This document shows, piece after piece, positions 18,872 through 27,367 of a stretch of DNA of 32,000 nt. The stretch is from positions 1,320,001 to 1,352,000 of the forward strand of contig NC_000916.1 in NCBI RefSeq assembly GCF_000008645.1. Direction: 5' to 3'. A model generated the notes under the pieces. It was not told where the DNA came from. It ran no database searches and was given only the letters and a program-made list of their open reading frames with translations. The stretch is from Methanothermobacter thermautotrophicus str. Delta H. Its GTDB lineage: Archaea > Methanobacteriota > Methanobacteria > Methanobacteriales > Methanothermobacteraceae. Position 1 is the stretch's first letter, and each line of letters starts with the position of its first letter. Made by a program: the position numbers and the translations under genes.

Positions 18872-20080
18872 TTGAGCTGGTATGATATGGGGCCAGTTTC
18901 AACCTGCAAGCTCTTCGGTGCCGTGAGGGCGGTGACAGGCATAAAAAATGCAGTACCCCTCATCCATGGCCCCAGGGGATGCGCATACCATATAGGCTAT
19001 CTACTCACAGCCAGGGGCGGGCGGAGGATAGCTGTGGCATCAACAGAACTATCAGAATCAGACGTGGTCTTCGGAGCATCAGAGAAACTCAGGGACAGGA
19101 TAATAGAGGTTGACAGGACACGAAAACCTGATATCATAGTAATTATGAGTTCCTGTGCAACCAGCATAATCGGAGAGGATATAGGGCGGGTTGCAGATGA
19201 GACCTCAGAACTCGTGGACGCGGAGCTCATAACCGTCAGTGCCGGTGGATTTGAATCCAGTCAGGGTGAGGGATATGAGGAGGTGATGATGGCACTCATC
19301 CATAAATTCTGCTGGAGGATGGAGCCATCATCTAAGCCTTCAGTCAACATAATAGGTGAATTCAGGGGCGGAGCCGACCTCAGGGAGGTCAGGGAGTCCC
19401 TATCATTGATGGGGGTGGATGTGAACTGTGTCCTGACATCAGGATGCAGCATCAGGGACATGACCATGATCCCGGCGGGCCACCTCAACTGCTCCTTCTG
19501 TGATGTCTCGGGTATCGCCCCCTGCCGCTTCCTTGAGGAGAACTTCGGGACACCCTTCATCCACCACCCCATCCCCATAGGTTTTTCAAATTCACTCAGA
19601 TTTTACAGGGAGGTTCTCGGGTATCTCAACCTCGATTATCCCATAAATGAGGAATTCTCAGCTTTTATCGAGGAGAGGGATCGAATAAGGGCTGAACTTG
19701 AGGGTCTGAGGGTGGCGGTAGTTTCAGGACCAACAAGGGCCGTTGCACTCACAGAATTCATAACTGAACTGCGGATGAAGCCAGTTCTTGTATCAATGGA
19801 TATGATAGGTGATTACACACTGGAAAACCTTAGAGGGGTGCCTGGATTGAGGTCAGAGATACTTGTCGGGGTCGATGTTTCTGATATTGAGGAGGCCATC
19901 ATCAGGACTGAACCCGAACTGATACTGGGAGGCCTTGCAGAGACCCGCATATCTGAGGTTTCAGGGGCACCCCTCATCGATGTTATGCATGGATCCAGCC
20001 TCACAGCAGGTTTCAGGGGGGCTGTTAACCTTGGTGCTAGAATGTGCGGGGCTGTTTATGGGGATCATGATTGTTATTAA
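18872..20080 (+). CDS. cfbD: Nitrogenase-like NifD homolog, Ni-sirohydrochlorin a,c-diamide reductive cyclase component (F430 biosynthesis)
   Basis: CKLFGAVRAVTGIKNAVPLIHGPRGCAYH, IIVIMSSCATSIIGEDI, CSFCDVSGIAPCRFLEENFG; TTG at 18872 or ATG at 18887 as start. Confidence 0.88.
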   Translation: MSWYDMGPVSTCKLFGAVRAVTGIKNAVPLIHGPRGCAYHIGYLLTARGGRRIAVASTELSESDVVFGASEKLRDRIIEVDRTRKPDIIVIMSSCATSIIGEDIGRVADETSELVDAELITVSAGGFESSQGEGYEEVMMALIHKFCWRMEPSSKPSVNIIGEFRGGADLREVRESLSLMGVDVNCVLTSGCSIRDMTMIPAGHLNCSFCDVSGIAPCRFLEENFGTPFIHHPIPIGFSNSLRFYREVLGYLNLDYPINEEFSAFIEERDRIRAELEGLRVAVVSGPTRAVALTEFITELRMKPVLVSMDMIGDYTLENLRGVPGLRSEILVGVDVSDIEEAIIRTEPELILGGLAETRISEVSGAPLIDVMHGSSLTAGFRGAVNLGARMCGAVYGDHDCY

Positions 20081-20105
20081 ATTTTTCAGTTACCATATCA
20101 CAAAG

Positions 20106-20114
20106 TTTATATAA
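20106..20114 (+). promoter_or_regulatory. Candidate TATA box (TTTATATAA) for alba
   Basis: Preceded by caaag purine-rich BRE-like bases, 46 nt upstream of the alba start codon. Confidence 0.6.
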
Positions 20115-20159
20115 TCTTGGGTTTCTATCTTTATTACAGACACTCTTGGAGGTTAAGTG

Positions 20160-20435
20160 ATGTCAGAGGAGAATGTAGTATACATCGGAAACAAGCCTGT
20201 AATGAACTATGTTCTGGCCGTGGTTACTCAGATGAACGGTGGGACCAGTGAAGTGATCCTTAAAGCCCGTGGAATAGCCATAAGCCGGGCTGTTGACGTT
20301 GCAGAGATTGTAAGGAACCGCTTCATACCAGACATACAGATAGAGAACATCGACATATGCACAGAGGAGATCATTGGTAACGAGGGAACCGCTACCAATG
20401 TTTCAGCAATAGAAATTCAGCTCCGAAAGGATTAA
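20160..20435 (+). CDS. alba: DNA/RNA-binding protein Alba
   Basis: [55 protein letters not shown]; ggaggt before ATG 20160. Confidence 0.95.
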
Positions 20436-20544
20436 AAATATAAAAGATGGAAGCCACAGGTTTCCATTTTTTATATTTTATTATCAAAGGTTGCAGTGAC
20501 CTCTGATTAATCATTTAAGGGTTTTTACGTGCAGTCAATTTTAA

Positions 20545-21486
20545 TTACTCTTTTTTAACCCAGAGGACCTGCTTTGGGCATGCTGAGAGGTCCCTGAATT
20601 TACTGTTGAGGAATTCAACCTTCATGATATCAATCCTTATGACATTCATATCAATGTTCAGATCCTTCACTGCATCCGGGTTGAGACCCCTCAGCTTATA
20701 AACATGTTCAGCATCCTTTCCATGGAGTATGCTGGCAGCACCCGTTATCTGCATCCCTGCAAGGTCGCTCATGGATGTGTAGTCCTCGTATACTGCAACT
20801 GAAACCCGTTCATTCTCGGGGAGACCTGCAAATTTCTCACCACCCTCACTGATTATGAGGAGGGAATCCCCATCATATATGTACTCAAGGGGTGTGGCCC
20901 GTGGCTGTCCTCCATGGCAGGTTGCAAGGGTGCAGGTGTTGTGTGATCTGAGGAATTCGTCAATGAATCCACGGAGTTCACCCTCATCAATGGAGGTCAT
21001 GAGGGAGTCACGGATGTCCCTCAGTTCAAGTGCAAATTCAGTGACCTCCCCTTTATCCAGGAGATCAACGTCACTCAACTCAATACCGGTGACCTCAGAG
21101 AACGCCTGGAGATCAGCAAGGTCCTCCTCTGAAAGTTCGCCGAGTTTCATACGTCCACCAAGCGCCCGGGAATATATGCTACCTCCGATAAGATCTTCAA
21201 CTTCCTTAATGGCTCTCAGACCATCCTCTCTACTCAGGGAAACTGAGAAGAGTGCCACGGGTTTCTCCCTGAGCCATGGGTTTTCCCTTATAAAATCAGT
21301 TATTCGTGGGTGCATTCTCCCCCGGTAGACACCGGATCCAATTACAAAGAATTCAAAGTCCCTGAAGGGCTCCTGGAATTCAGGGACCCTGCAGCACCTC
21401 GATGGTCCAAGTATCATCCCGGTTTTAGATGCAACCTCCTCTGTGGACCCATAGGTGCTCTCATAGATTATGAGTGTCCTGAACAT
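20545..21486 (-). CDS. Fusion of flavodoxin-like domain with a pyridoxamine 5'-phosphate oxidase-like FMN-binding domain
   Basis: MFRTLIIYESTYGSTEEVASKTG (flavodoxin phosphate loop) at N-terminus; FLRSHNTCTLATCHGGQPRATPLEYIYDGDSLLIISEGGEKFAGLPENERVSVAVYED at C-terminus. Confidence 0.82.
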   Translation of the reverse strand: MFRTLIIYESTYGSTEEVASKTGMILGPSRCCRVPEFQEPFRDFEFFVIGSGVYRGRMHPRITDFIRENPWLREKPVALFSVSLSREDGLRAIKEVEDLIGGSIYSRALGGRMKLGELSEEDLADLQAFSEVTGIELSDVDLLDKGEVTEFALELRDIRDSLMTSIDEGELRGFIDEFLRSHNTCTLATCHGGQPRATPLEYIYDGDSLLIISEGGEKFAGLPENERVSVAVYEDYTSMSDLAGMQITGAASILHGKDAEHVYKLRGLNPDAVKDLNIDMNVIRIDIMKVEFLNSKFRDLSACPKQVLWVKKE

Positions 21487-21521
21487 CGGATTATCCCCCT
21501 TTAAAAATTAAAATGGGTATT

Positions 21522-22736
21522 TTATCTTCTTCCTGCAACCTTCCTGAGTCCGATAACAGCTCCGGCGATTACAAGGATCACTGCAATGATGTAGTAGGCG
21601 AATACTGAGGTAGGAGCCTCCTTCTTCTTGGAGTCAAGGGCGTATATGTATCCGTTTTCGGTTGCAAAGTAGACTGTCTTGCCGTAGACCACTGGAGAGG
21701 AACTCACAGGTGAGCTGAAGAGGTAGTAGCCTGGGGAGTAGCTCCACTCCTCCCTGCCACTGTACTTGTTGAGGATGTAGAGTGTCCCGTCATCTGATCC
21801 CACCGCTATCATGTTCTCAAAGAGAGCCGGTGTTGAACGTACAGGGGCACCGGTATGGAATGACCATTTCAGGGCACCGGTCCTGGTGTCCAGGGATGTG
21901 ATGTTCCCGTCATCGCATCCAATGAAGACACTGTTCTCCTCTGTGTCAACTGATGGGGAGGAATATACACGGTCGCCGAGGCTGTACTTCCAGATCACAT
22001 TCCCATCTGACTCTGATAGGGCGTAGATGTTCCCGTCATCTGACCCCACATAGACTGTCCCATTCCAGAAGGCTGGTGAGGATCTTATGGCGTCCCCTGA
22101 CGTGTAACTCCATACTTCGTTCCCGTCGGATTCTGAGAGGGCGTATACCTTACCATTGAATGAACCCACATATAAGGTGCCATTCACAGGGAGGGGTGAT
22201 GATTTAACGGCGTCCCCGGTGTAGAACTCCCACTTCTTGGAGCCATCGTCTCTGTCCACAGCGTATACCCTGCAGTCATCAGATCCAATATAGACGGTGT
22301 CCCCGCTCACTGCAGGTGATGATTCTATCCTGTTACCTGTTTTGAATTTCCATTCAAGGTCTCCGGTGTCTGTGTCTATTGCATAGAGGTATCCATCCCA
22401 GGAACCCACAAATACGGTCCCATTTACAACCACCGGCGATGAGACGATGGCACCCTCTGTTTTGTAGCTCCAGACCACGGACCCGGTCTCAAGGTTCACT
22501 GCATAGAGCCTCCCATCAAGGGATCCTATGTAGGCCACCTTGTTGAATATGGCCGGGGATGACTTTATACCCCCAATGGAGAGGTACCATGTCTTTGCAG
22601 AGAAGTCGCTTGGCTCCTTTGCATAACCTGTGTGCTGTTCGTCTCCATGGAATACCGGCCAGTCAGCTGCTGATACAGGACTGAGGATCATCCCAAGGAT
22701 TATGAGTGCCGCGATTAAACCTTTTCTCATCATTTC
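21522..22736 (-). CDS. Secreted/membrane-anchored PQQ-like beta-propeller repeat protein
   Basis: N-terminal signal MMRKGLIAALIILGMILSPVSAADWPVFHGDEQHTGY; about seven repeats of SSPAFWNGTVYVGSDDGNIYALSESDG-type blades; C-terminal TM YYIIAVILVIAGAVIGLRKVAGRR. Confidence 0.87.
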   Translation of the reverse strand, partial: EMMRKGLIAALIILGMILSPVSAADWPVFHGDEQHTGYAKEPSDFSAKTWYLSIGGIKSSPAIFNKVAYIGSLDGRLYAVNLETGSVVWSYKTEGAIVSSPVVVNGTVFVGSWDGYLYAIDTDTGDLEWKFKTGNRIESSPAVSGDTVYIGSDDCRVYAVDRDDGSKKWEFYTGDAVKSSPLPVNGTLYVGSFNGKVYALSESDGNEVWSYTSGDAIRSSPAFWNGTVYVGSDDGNIYALSESDGNVIWKYSLGDRVYSSPSVDTEENSVFIGCDDGNITSLDTRTGALKWSFHTGAPVRSTPALFENMIAVGSDDGTLYILNKYSGREEWSYSPGYYLFSSPVSSSPVVYGKTVYFATENGYIYALDSKKKEAPTSVFAYYIIAVILVIAGAVIGLRKVAGRR

Positions 22737-22760
22737 TATCACCACATTAAACTAATTACA

Positions 22761-23912
22761 TTAAATGTCCCTGTTGAAACGGGTAACACCCATCGCAAAG
22801 AACAGGAGGGTGAATCCACCAAGCACAAGGAGGTTAACCATTATGTCCCCAGCACCGGCGCCCTTTAGCATGACTGCCCGGAGGGCATTGTTGGCATAGG
22901 TGAGGGGGACTACGTAGGCTATCTTCTGGAATATCCAGGGCATGGTCTCAATGGGGTAGAACACCCCTGATACGAACATCATGGGCATGGCGAAGGGCAT
23001 GACCATCTGCATGTAGTCCTCCTGGGTCCCCACCCTGGCTGATATCATTATACCAAAGCCGACAAAGCAGAGGGCCGTCAGTATCAGTAGCAGGACCGTC
23101 AGGAGCATGCTACCATTTATCTTGATACCGAAGAGAAGAATTGCAATGAAGAGCAGGAGAAGGGCCCTTCCACTTTCTATCACAAGCTTTGAGATTATCT
23201 TACCTCCCACAACTGTGGCTACACTTGTGGGGGTCATGAAGAGCCTTGCAAGCTCTCCCCTTTCCCGTTCACCCGCAATGGACTGACCCATTCCAAACAT
23301 GCAGGAGAACATTATGGTCATGGCCAGTATGGCGGGCACAAGGAAGTCCATGTACTTGACGTCCCCGTAGATTCTGTCAATCTGGAGGTTTATGGTGCTG
23401 ACCATGCTCTGGAAACCTGAACTTGGAGTTGAATTCTGTGCATTCATGGATGTGCCCTGCATCCTCTCCACAGCAAGCTGCCCGGATAGCTTGCTGAAGA
23501 GGGCCTGTGTTGCCGGTACAAGGGCCTGGCTTGCCAGCTGATCCGAGGAGTCAAGGTACATGACCACGGTGGGCTCCGATGATGTGAGGTTATCATAGTT
23601 AGGTGGCAGTATTATGGCTGCCTTGACCTCCCCGGCGTCCACCATATCCCTGGCGATCTCCGGGTCCTTCAGGATATCCTTTATATCATAGAGGCTCATG
23701 TTCCTCATGGCATCAACGGTCTGGTCTGTCACCGGACCGCTGCTCTGTTCCACTATAACCACGGGTATATTCTCAAGGGTACCGCCCATACCATAACCGA
23801 AGAGGGTTATCATCAGTATGGGGAACAGTATGATGGATATGAGGCGCGGTTTGTGCCTCCAGAGGACTATCAGGTCCTTCTTAAGCATCCACATAACCTT
23901 TTTCATTTCCAT
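22761..23912 (-). CDS. ABC-2 type transporter permease
   Basis: LIVLWRHKPRLISIILFPILMITLFGYGMGG, large extracytoplasmic loop, then GERERGELARLFMTPTS and several TM segments. Confidence 0.88.
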   Translation of the reverse strand: MEMKKVMWMLKKDLIVLWRHKPRLISIILFPILMITLFGYGMGGTLENIPVVIVEQSSGPVTDQTVDAMRNMSLYDIKDILKDPEIARDMVDAGEVKAAIILPPNYDNLTSSEPTVVMYLDSSDQLASQALVPATQALFSKLSGQLAVERMQGTSMNAQNSTPSSGFQSMVSTINLQIDRIYGDVKYMDFLVPAILAMTIMFSCMFGMGQSIAGERERGELARLFMTPTSVATVVGGKIISKLVIESGRALLLLFIAILLFGIKINGSMLLTVLLLILTALCFVGFGIMISARVGTQEDYMQMVMPFAMPMMFVSGVFYPIETMPWIFQKIAYVVPLTYANNALRAVMLKGAGAGDIMVNLLVLGGFTLLFFAMGVTRFNRDI

Positions 23913-23917
23913 AACGG

Positions 23918-24970
23918 TTACCTCCCTGTAACCTTCATAAATACGTCCTCGAGTGAGGGGTCCTTTGTTGAAATTGAGGTTATCCTGGCGTTGTTCCTTA
24001 TAACAGCCGCCAGAACATCATTAACGGCAGTTTCGCATGTTTCATCGAGTTCAAGGATTATCCTTCCTGTATGGTGCTTCTTAACGTCCAGTGTAACCGG
24101 TAGGGCTTCCAGTTCAGATAGTAGATCATCTGTGAGGTTCACAATGAGCATGCTTATCTCCTTACCGGCACATATCCTCTCTGATTTCTTGATCTCCTGG
24201 ATGGCCCTTCTCTCGGATTCAGGCGTCTCCTTGTCGATCCTGTCCAGTATCCCACCGATCTCCTTTGCTCTGAGGGATTCCTCCTCCTTTATCACTGTGT
24301 CCTTGAGCCCCTGTGGAGTGTCAAAGGCGGCAAGAACGCCCTGATTTATTATCCCCACGTAGTCACAGAGGAGTTCCACCTCGTACATGTCGTGGGAGCA
24401 GAGTATGATGGTGTGACCGCTGCTGTTCAGTTCGTCTATGAGGTCCCAGAGCACCCGCTTGGTTGTCGGGTCCAGGCCGATTGTTGGTTCGTCCAGGAAG
24501 AGGATGTCTGGTTGATGTATGAGGCTTGCAACCAGTGACACCTTCTGCTGCTGGCCACCTGACATCTGCCCGACTGGCTTGTCTGCAGCGTATTTTATGT
24601 CCACAAGTTCCATGAGCTCCTCTATCCTTGATTCCTTCAGATCCTCGGGCATGCCATAGAAGTCTGCGCACATCTCCACGTTTTCCCTTGCTGTGAGGTC
24701 CTCGTATAGGCTTACCTTCTGGGGAACCATGCCTATCTGCTGCCGGACCTCATCGGGGTTTTTGAGTATATCATAACCTGCAACCCTGGCGGTCCCTGAG
24801 CTTGGCGGGATGAGACATGTGAGCATCTTTATGGTTGTTGTCTTCCCGGCCCCGTTGGGCCCCAGGAAACCAAAGATGGAGTTCTTCTCTATCTTCATGT
24901 TCAGGCTGTCCACCGCCTTGAAGTCCCCGTAGACCTTTGTGAGATCGAAGGTTTCTATCGCATATTTCAT
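23918..24970 (-). CDS. ABC transporter ATP-binding protein (drug/exporter type)
   Basis: GFLGPNGAGKTTTIKML Walker A, MSGGQQQKVSLVASLIHQPDILFLDEPTIGLDP signature/Walker B. Confidence 0.95.
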   Translation of the reverse strand: MKYAIETFDLTKVYGDFKAVDSLNMKIEKNSIFGFLGPNGAGKTTTIKMLTCLIPPSSGTARVAGYDILKNPDEVRQQIGMVPQKVSLYEDLTARENVEMCADFYGMPEDLKESRIEELMELVDIKYAADKPVGQMSGGQQQKVSLVASLIHQPDILFLDEPTIGLDPTTKRVLWDLIDELNSSGHTIILCSHDMYEVELLCDYVGIINQGVLAAFDTPQGLKDTVIKEEESLRAKEIGGILDRIDKETPESERRAIQEIKKSERICAGKEISMLIVNLTDDLLSELEALPVTLDVKKHHTGRIILELDETCETAVNDVLAAVIRNNARITSISTKDPSLEDVFMKVTGR

Positions 24971-25464
24971 GTTTCATCCTCCCTTTCAGCGGGGAACATG
25001 TCATTCCAGAAGTCTTCCCATATCTTTGATACATGGTCCCTCATTATCTGCCGGATCCTCTCTATCGTCTTCTCACCGAGAGGGGTTATCTCATAGTATT
25101 TCACTCTTTTCTCACCGTGCATCTCCCAGCTGCCCTCTATCAGTCCCTTCCTTTCGAGGTCATGGAGTACCGGGTAGATTACGCTGGGTCCGGGCGGTTT
25201 TATGTTCTTGCAGTGCATGCCCTTGAATGAGTAGAATCTTTCAAGGCGTCGCATTATCTCGTAGCCATGTATTTTTTCCTTGCTTATCATCCAGAGGATC
25301 ATTGTCTTTCCAAATCCTCTCATGAAGCTTTTTATTATCTTTTCATCGAATTCACCCCCCTCACCGGTGAGGGGACCTTCTTCTGCGCACATAGAGTCAT
25401 CTCCAGAGAAACTGATGTTTTCATACACACAATATATCAGTTTTACGATATATCTATTTGCCAT
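24967..25464 (-). CDS. PadR-family transcriptional regulator
   Basis: MILWMISKEKIHGYEIMRRLERFY...PGPSVIYPVLHDLERKGLIEGSWEMHGEKRVKYYEITPLGE; first in a row with the ABC genes. Start codon uncertain. Confidence 0.88.
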   Translation of the reverse strand: MANRYIVKLIYCVYENISFSGDDSMCAEEGPLTGEGGEFDEKIIKSFMRGFGKTMILWMISKEKIHGYEIMRRLERFYSFKGMHCKNIKPPGPSVIYPVLHDLERKGLIEGSWEMHGEKRVKYYEITPLGEKTIERIRQIMRDHVSKIWEDFWNDMFPAEREDET

Positions 25465-25502
25465 AATAAAATGTTCATGATATATAAAGTTTGTGATATA
25501 TT
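25431..25502. repeat. GATATAT-type motif repeated with 16-bp phasing across the padR start/promoter region
   Basis: aatatatc 25431, gatatatc 25447, (ataataaa 25463, degenerate), gatatata 25479, gatatatt 25495. Confidence 0.6.
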
Positions 25503-25642
25503 GATGAGGCGTCCTTTAACCGGTGATGATGGGGAGGGAATCTGGCGGTATCCCGTGAAACTGCGCGGGTAACTTGTGGGTACTGCAATCAAATGGAAAG
25601 ACTCATAAGCCCCGATAAATAGAAGATCTACCGGGATCTGAT

Positions 25643-26392
25643 ATGAGACTTGGTTTTTCAACCCTGGCGCTTTTCATGGAGCCACTGGAAAACATCCTTC
25701 AGAAAGCAGAGGATGACGGTTTTGAACTTGTAGAGCTCCTCTGTGAGGGACCCTACTGGCCAAGAAGGCTACTTCAGGACGGGGATTCCTTGGAAGTCTT
25801 CGAGTCCTTCGACCTCGAGGTCCTTATCCACGCACCCACCATAGACCTGAACCCTGCAAGCATGAACCGGGGTATAAGGGAGGAGACAGGGAGGCAGATG
25901 GTCGAGACAATTGAACTTGCATCAAGGATAGGTGCAACAACAGTCACAACCCACCCTGGAGTGGTCCACCGGAGGGAGGACAGGATAAGGAGTGCTGCAC
26001 TCCAGTTCGCACTTGAAACACTTGGTGAATGCGTTGAATACGCAGAGGATCTGTCCATAAAATTCTCAGTCGAAAACATGCCCGGAAGATTCTCCTACCT
26101 CTGCAATAACCCTGCAGAACATGAGAGATTTGTTGAAAAATGTGGCTCCTACGCAACGGTTGACATAGGACATGCCAACACTACAGGGCGTCTCCAGGAT
26201 TTCCTGGAGATCAAAAGAACAGCCCACTATCACATCAGTGACAATAACGGGAAGAGGGACCAGCACCTGCCCCTCGGGGAGGTCACAGTCGATCTTAAAC
26301 TCCTGGGATCCATAGAGAGGGGTGTGATAGAACTGAACAGCTATGATGGTGTAATCAGGAGCAGAAGAATCCTTGAGGAGGTCGTCCGTTGA
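25643..26392 (+). CDS. TIM-barrel protein, AP endonuclease family 2 / sugar phosphate isomerase-like
   Basis: MRLGFSTLALFMEPLENILQKAEDDGFELVELLCEGP...TTHPGVVHR...FSVENMPGR...VDIGHAN...HISDNNGKRDQHLPLGEV metal-ligand pattern. Confidence 0.85.
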   Translation: MRLGFSTLALFMEPLENILQKAEDDGFELVELLCEGPYWPRRLLQDGDSLEVFESFDLEVLIHAPTIDLNPASMNRGIREETGRQMVETIELASRIGATTVTTHPGVVHRREDRIRSAALQFALETLGECVEYAEDLSIKFSVENMPGRFSYLCNNPAEHERFVEKCGSYATVDIGHANTTGRLQDFLEIKRTAHYHISDNNGKRDQHLPLGEVTVDLKLLGSIERGVIELNSYDGVIRSRRILEEVVR

Positions 26393-26402
26393 GGTGGCTG
26401 TC

Positions 26403-26960
26403 ATGAAAAAGAAGAGACTGGAGGGTCTGGTTGATGCCATATTTGCAATCGCCATGACCATACTTGTTCTGGGCATAGATGTGCCCACCGGCACCATGAG
26501 TGTTCCGGCAATGGACGCCTACATCATGGGCCTTGCATCTGATTTGTACAGCTACTGTCTCAGTTTCCTCCTCCTCGGCGTCTTCTGGTGGGTTAACCAC
26601 ATGCACTTCGAGAAACTGGAGAAGGTTGACACGGGATTCATATGGATAAACATCGTCTGGCTCATGGTCGTTGTCCTGGTACCATTCTCAACAAAGCTGA
26701 CAGGTAATTATGGAGACCTTGTAACACCCAATATCCTGTTCCACCTGAATATGCTCACCATAGGTCTTTTATTATCCATGAGCTGGATCTATACCCAGAG
26801 GAATGGTTTAATGGATATCGGAGAAAATGAATACCGCTTAATCCTGAAGAAGAATCTTTTAATGCCTCTTGCAGCCATCCTTGCACTCATCTTAACACCC
26901 ATTGCACCGGAGTACAGCTCCACCGCCTACGCAGTTCTCATATTAAAGAGGCTCCTTTAG
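26403..26960 (+). CDS. TMEM175-like (DUF1211) membrane protein
   Basis: MKKKRLEGLVDAIFAIAMTILVLGIDVP...FLLLGVFWWVNHMHFEKLEKVD...WLMVVVLVPFSTKLTG. Translation frame open from 26373. Confidence 0.75.
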   Translation: MKKKRLEGLVDAIFAIAMTILVLGIDVPTGTMSVPAMDAYIMGLASDLYSYCLSFLLLGVFWWVNHMHFEKLEKVDTGFIWINIVWLMVVVLVPFSTKLTGNYGDLVTPNILFHLNMLTIGLLLSMSWIYTQRNGLMDIGENEYRLILKKNLLMPLAAILALILTPIAPEYSSTAYAVLILKRLL

Positions 26961-27012
26961 CTTCGTGGCACTTTTTCAGGACTCTGCACTTGATATACTT
27001 AAATGCAATGAT

Positions 27013-27354
27013 TCAGGGCCTTATATAGGCCCATCCCTCTGTCTGTCTTCTTACAATATGACCCACACCGGATGATACAACATCGACTCCCTCCAGGAGG
27101 TCATCCCCATCCATACCAGATGCCCTGAGGGTGTTTGAGCATGCACAGAACCTGACACCCTGACCTGTGAGTTCAGATACGTCCCCTGAGTACTCAGAAT
27201 CCCTTCTGAGGACATTAACTCCCATGGAGTAAGCCACAACCTCTATTCTGACGGATTCGAGATCAGCCATTAGGTTCCTGACATTGGAGATGAGGAGCAG
27301 AACCCTTGACTCATCATCCTCATCTATGTGGAAGACCACACGGTAATCCACCAT
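27013..27354 (-). CDS. DsrE/DsrF-like small protein
   Basis: VVFHIDEDDESRVLLLISNVRNLMADL...VEVVAYSMGVNVL...LTGQGVRFCACSNTLRASGM. Confidence 0.75.
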   Translation of the reverse strand: MVDYRVVFHIDEDDESRVLLLISNVRNLMADLESVRIEVVAYSMGVNVLRRDSEYSGDVSELTGQGVRFCACSNTLRASGMDGDDLLEGVDVVSSGVGHIVRRQTEGWAYIRP

Positions 27355-27367
27355 GACACCACCTCCG

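Noticed and set aside
25500-25640. C/D box-like RNA (gtgatga at about 25520) before the TIM-barrel gene
   Set aside because: A C-box-like string is present but no convincing D box (CTGA) or terminal stem at suitable spacing was found.
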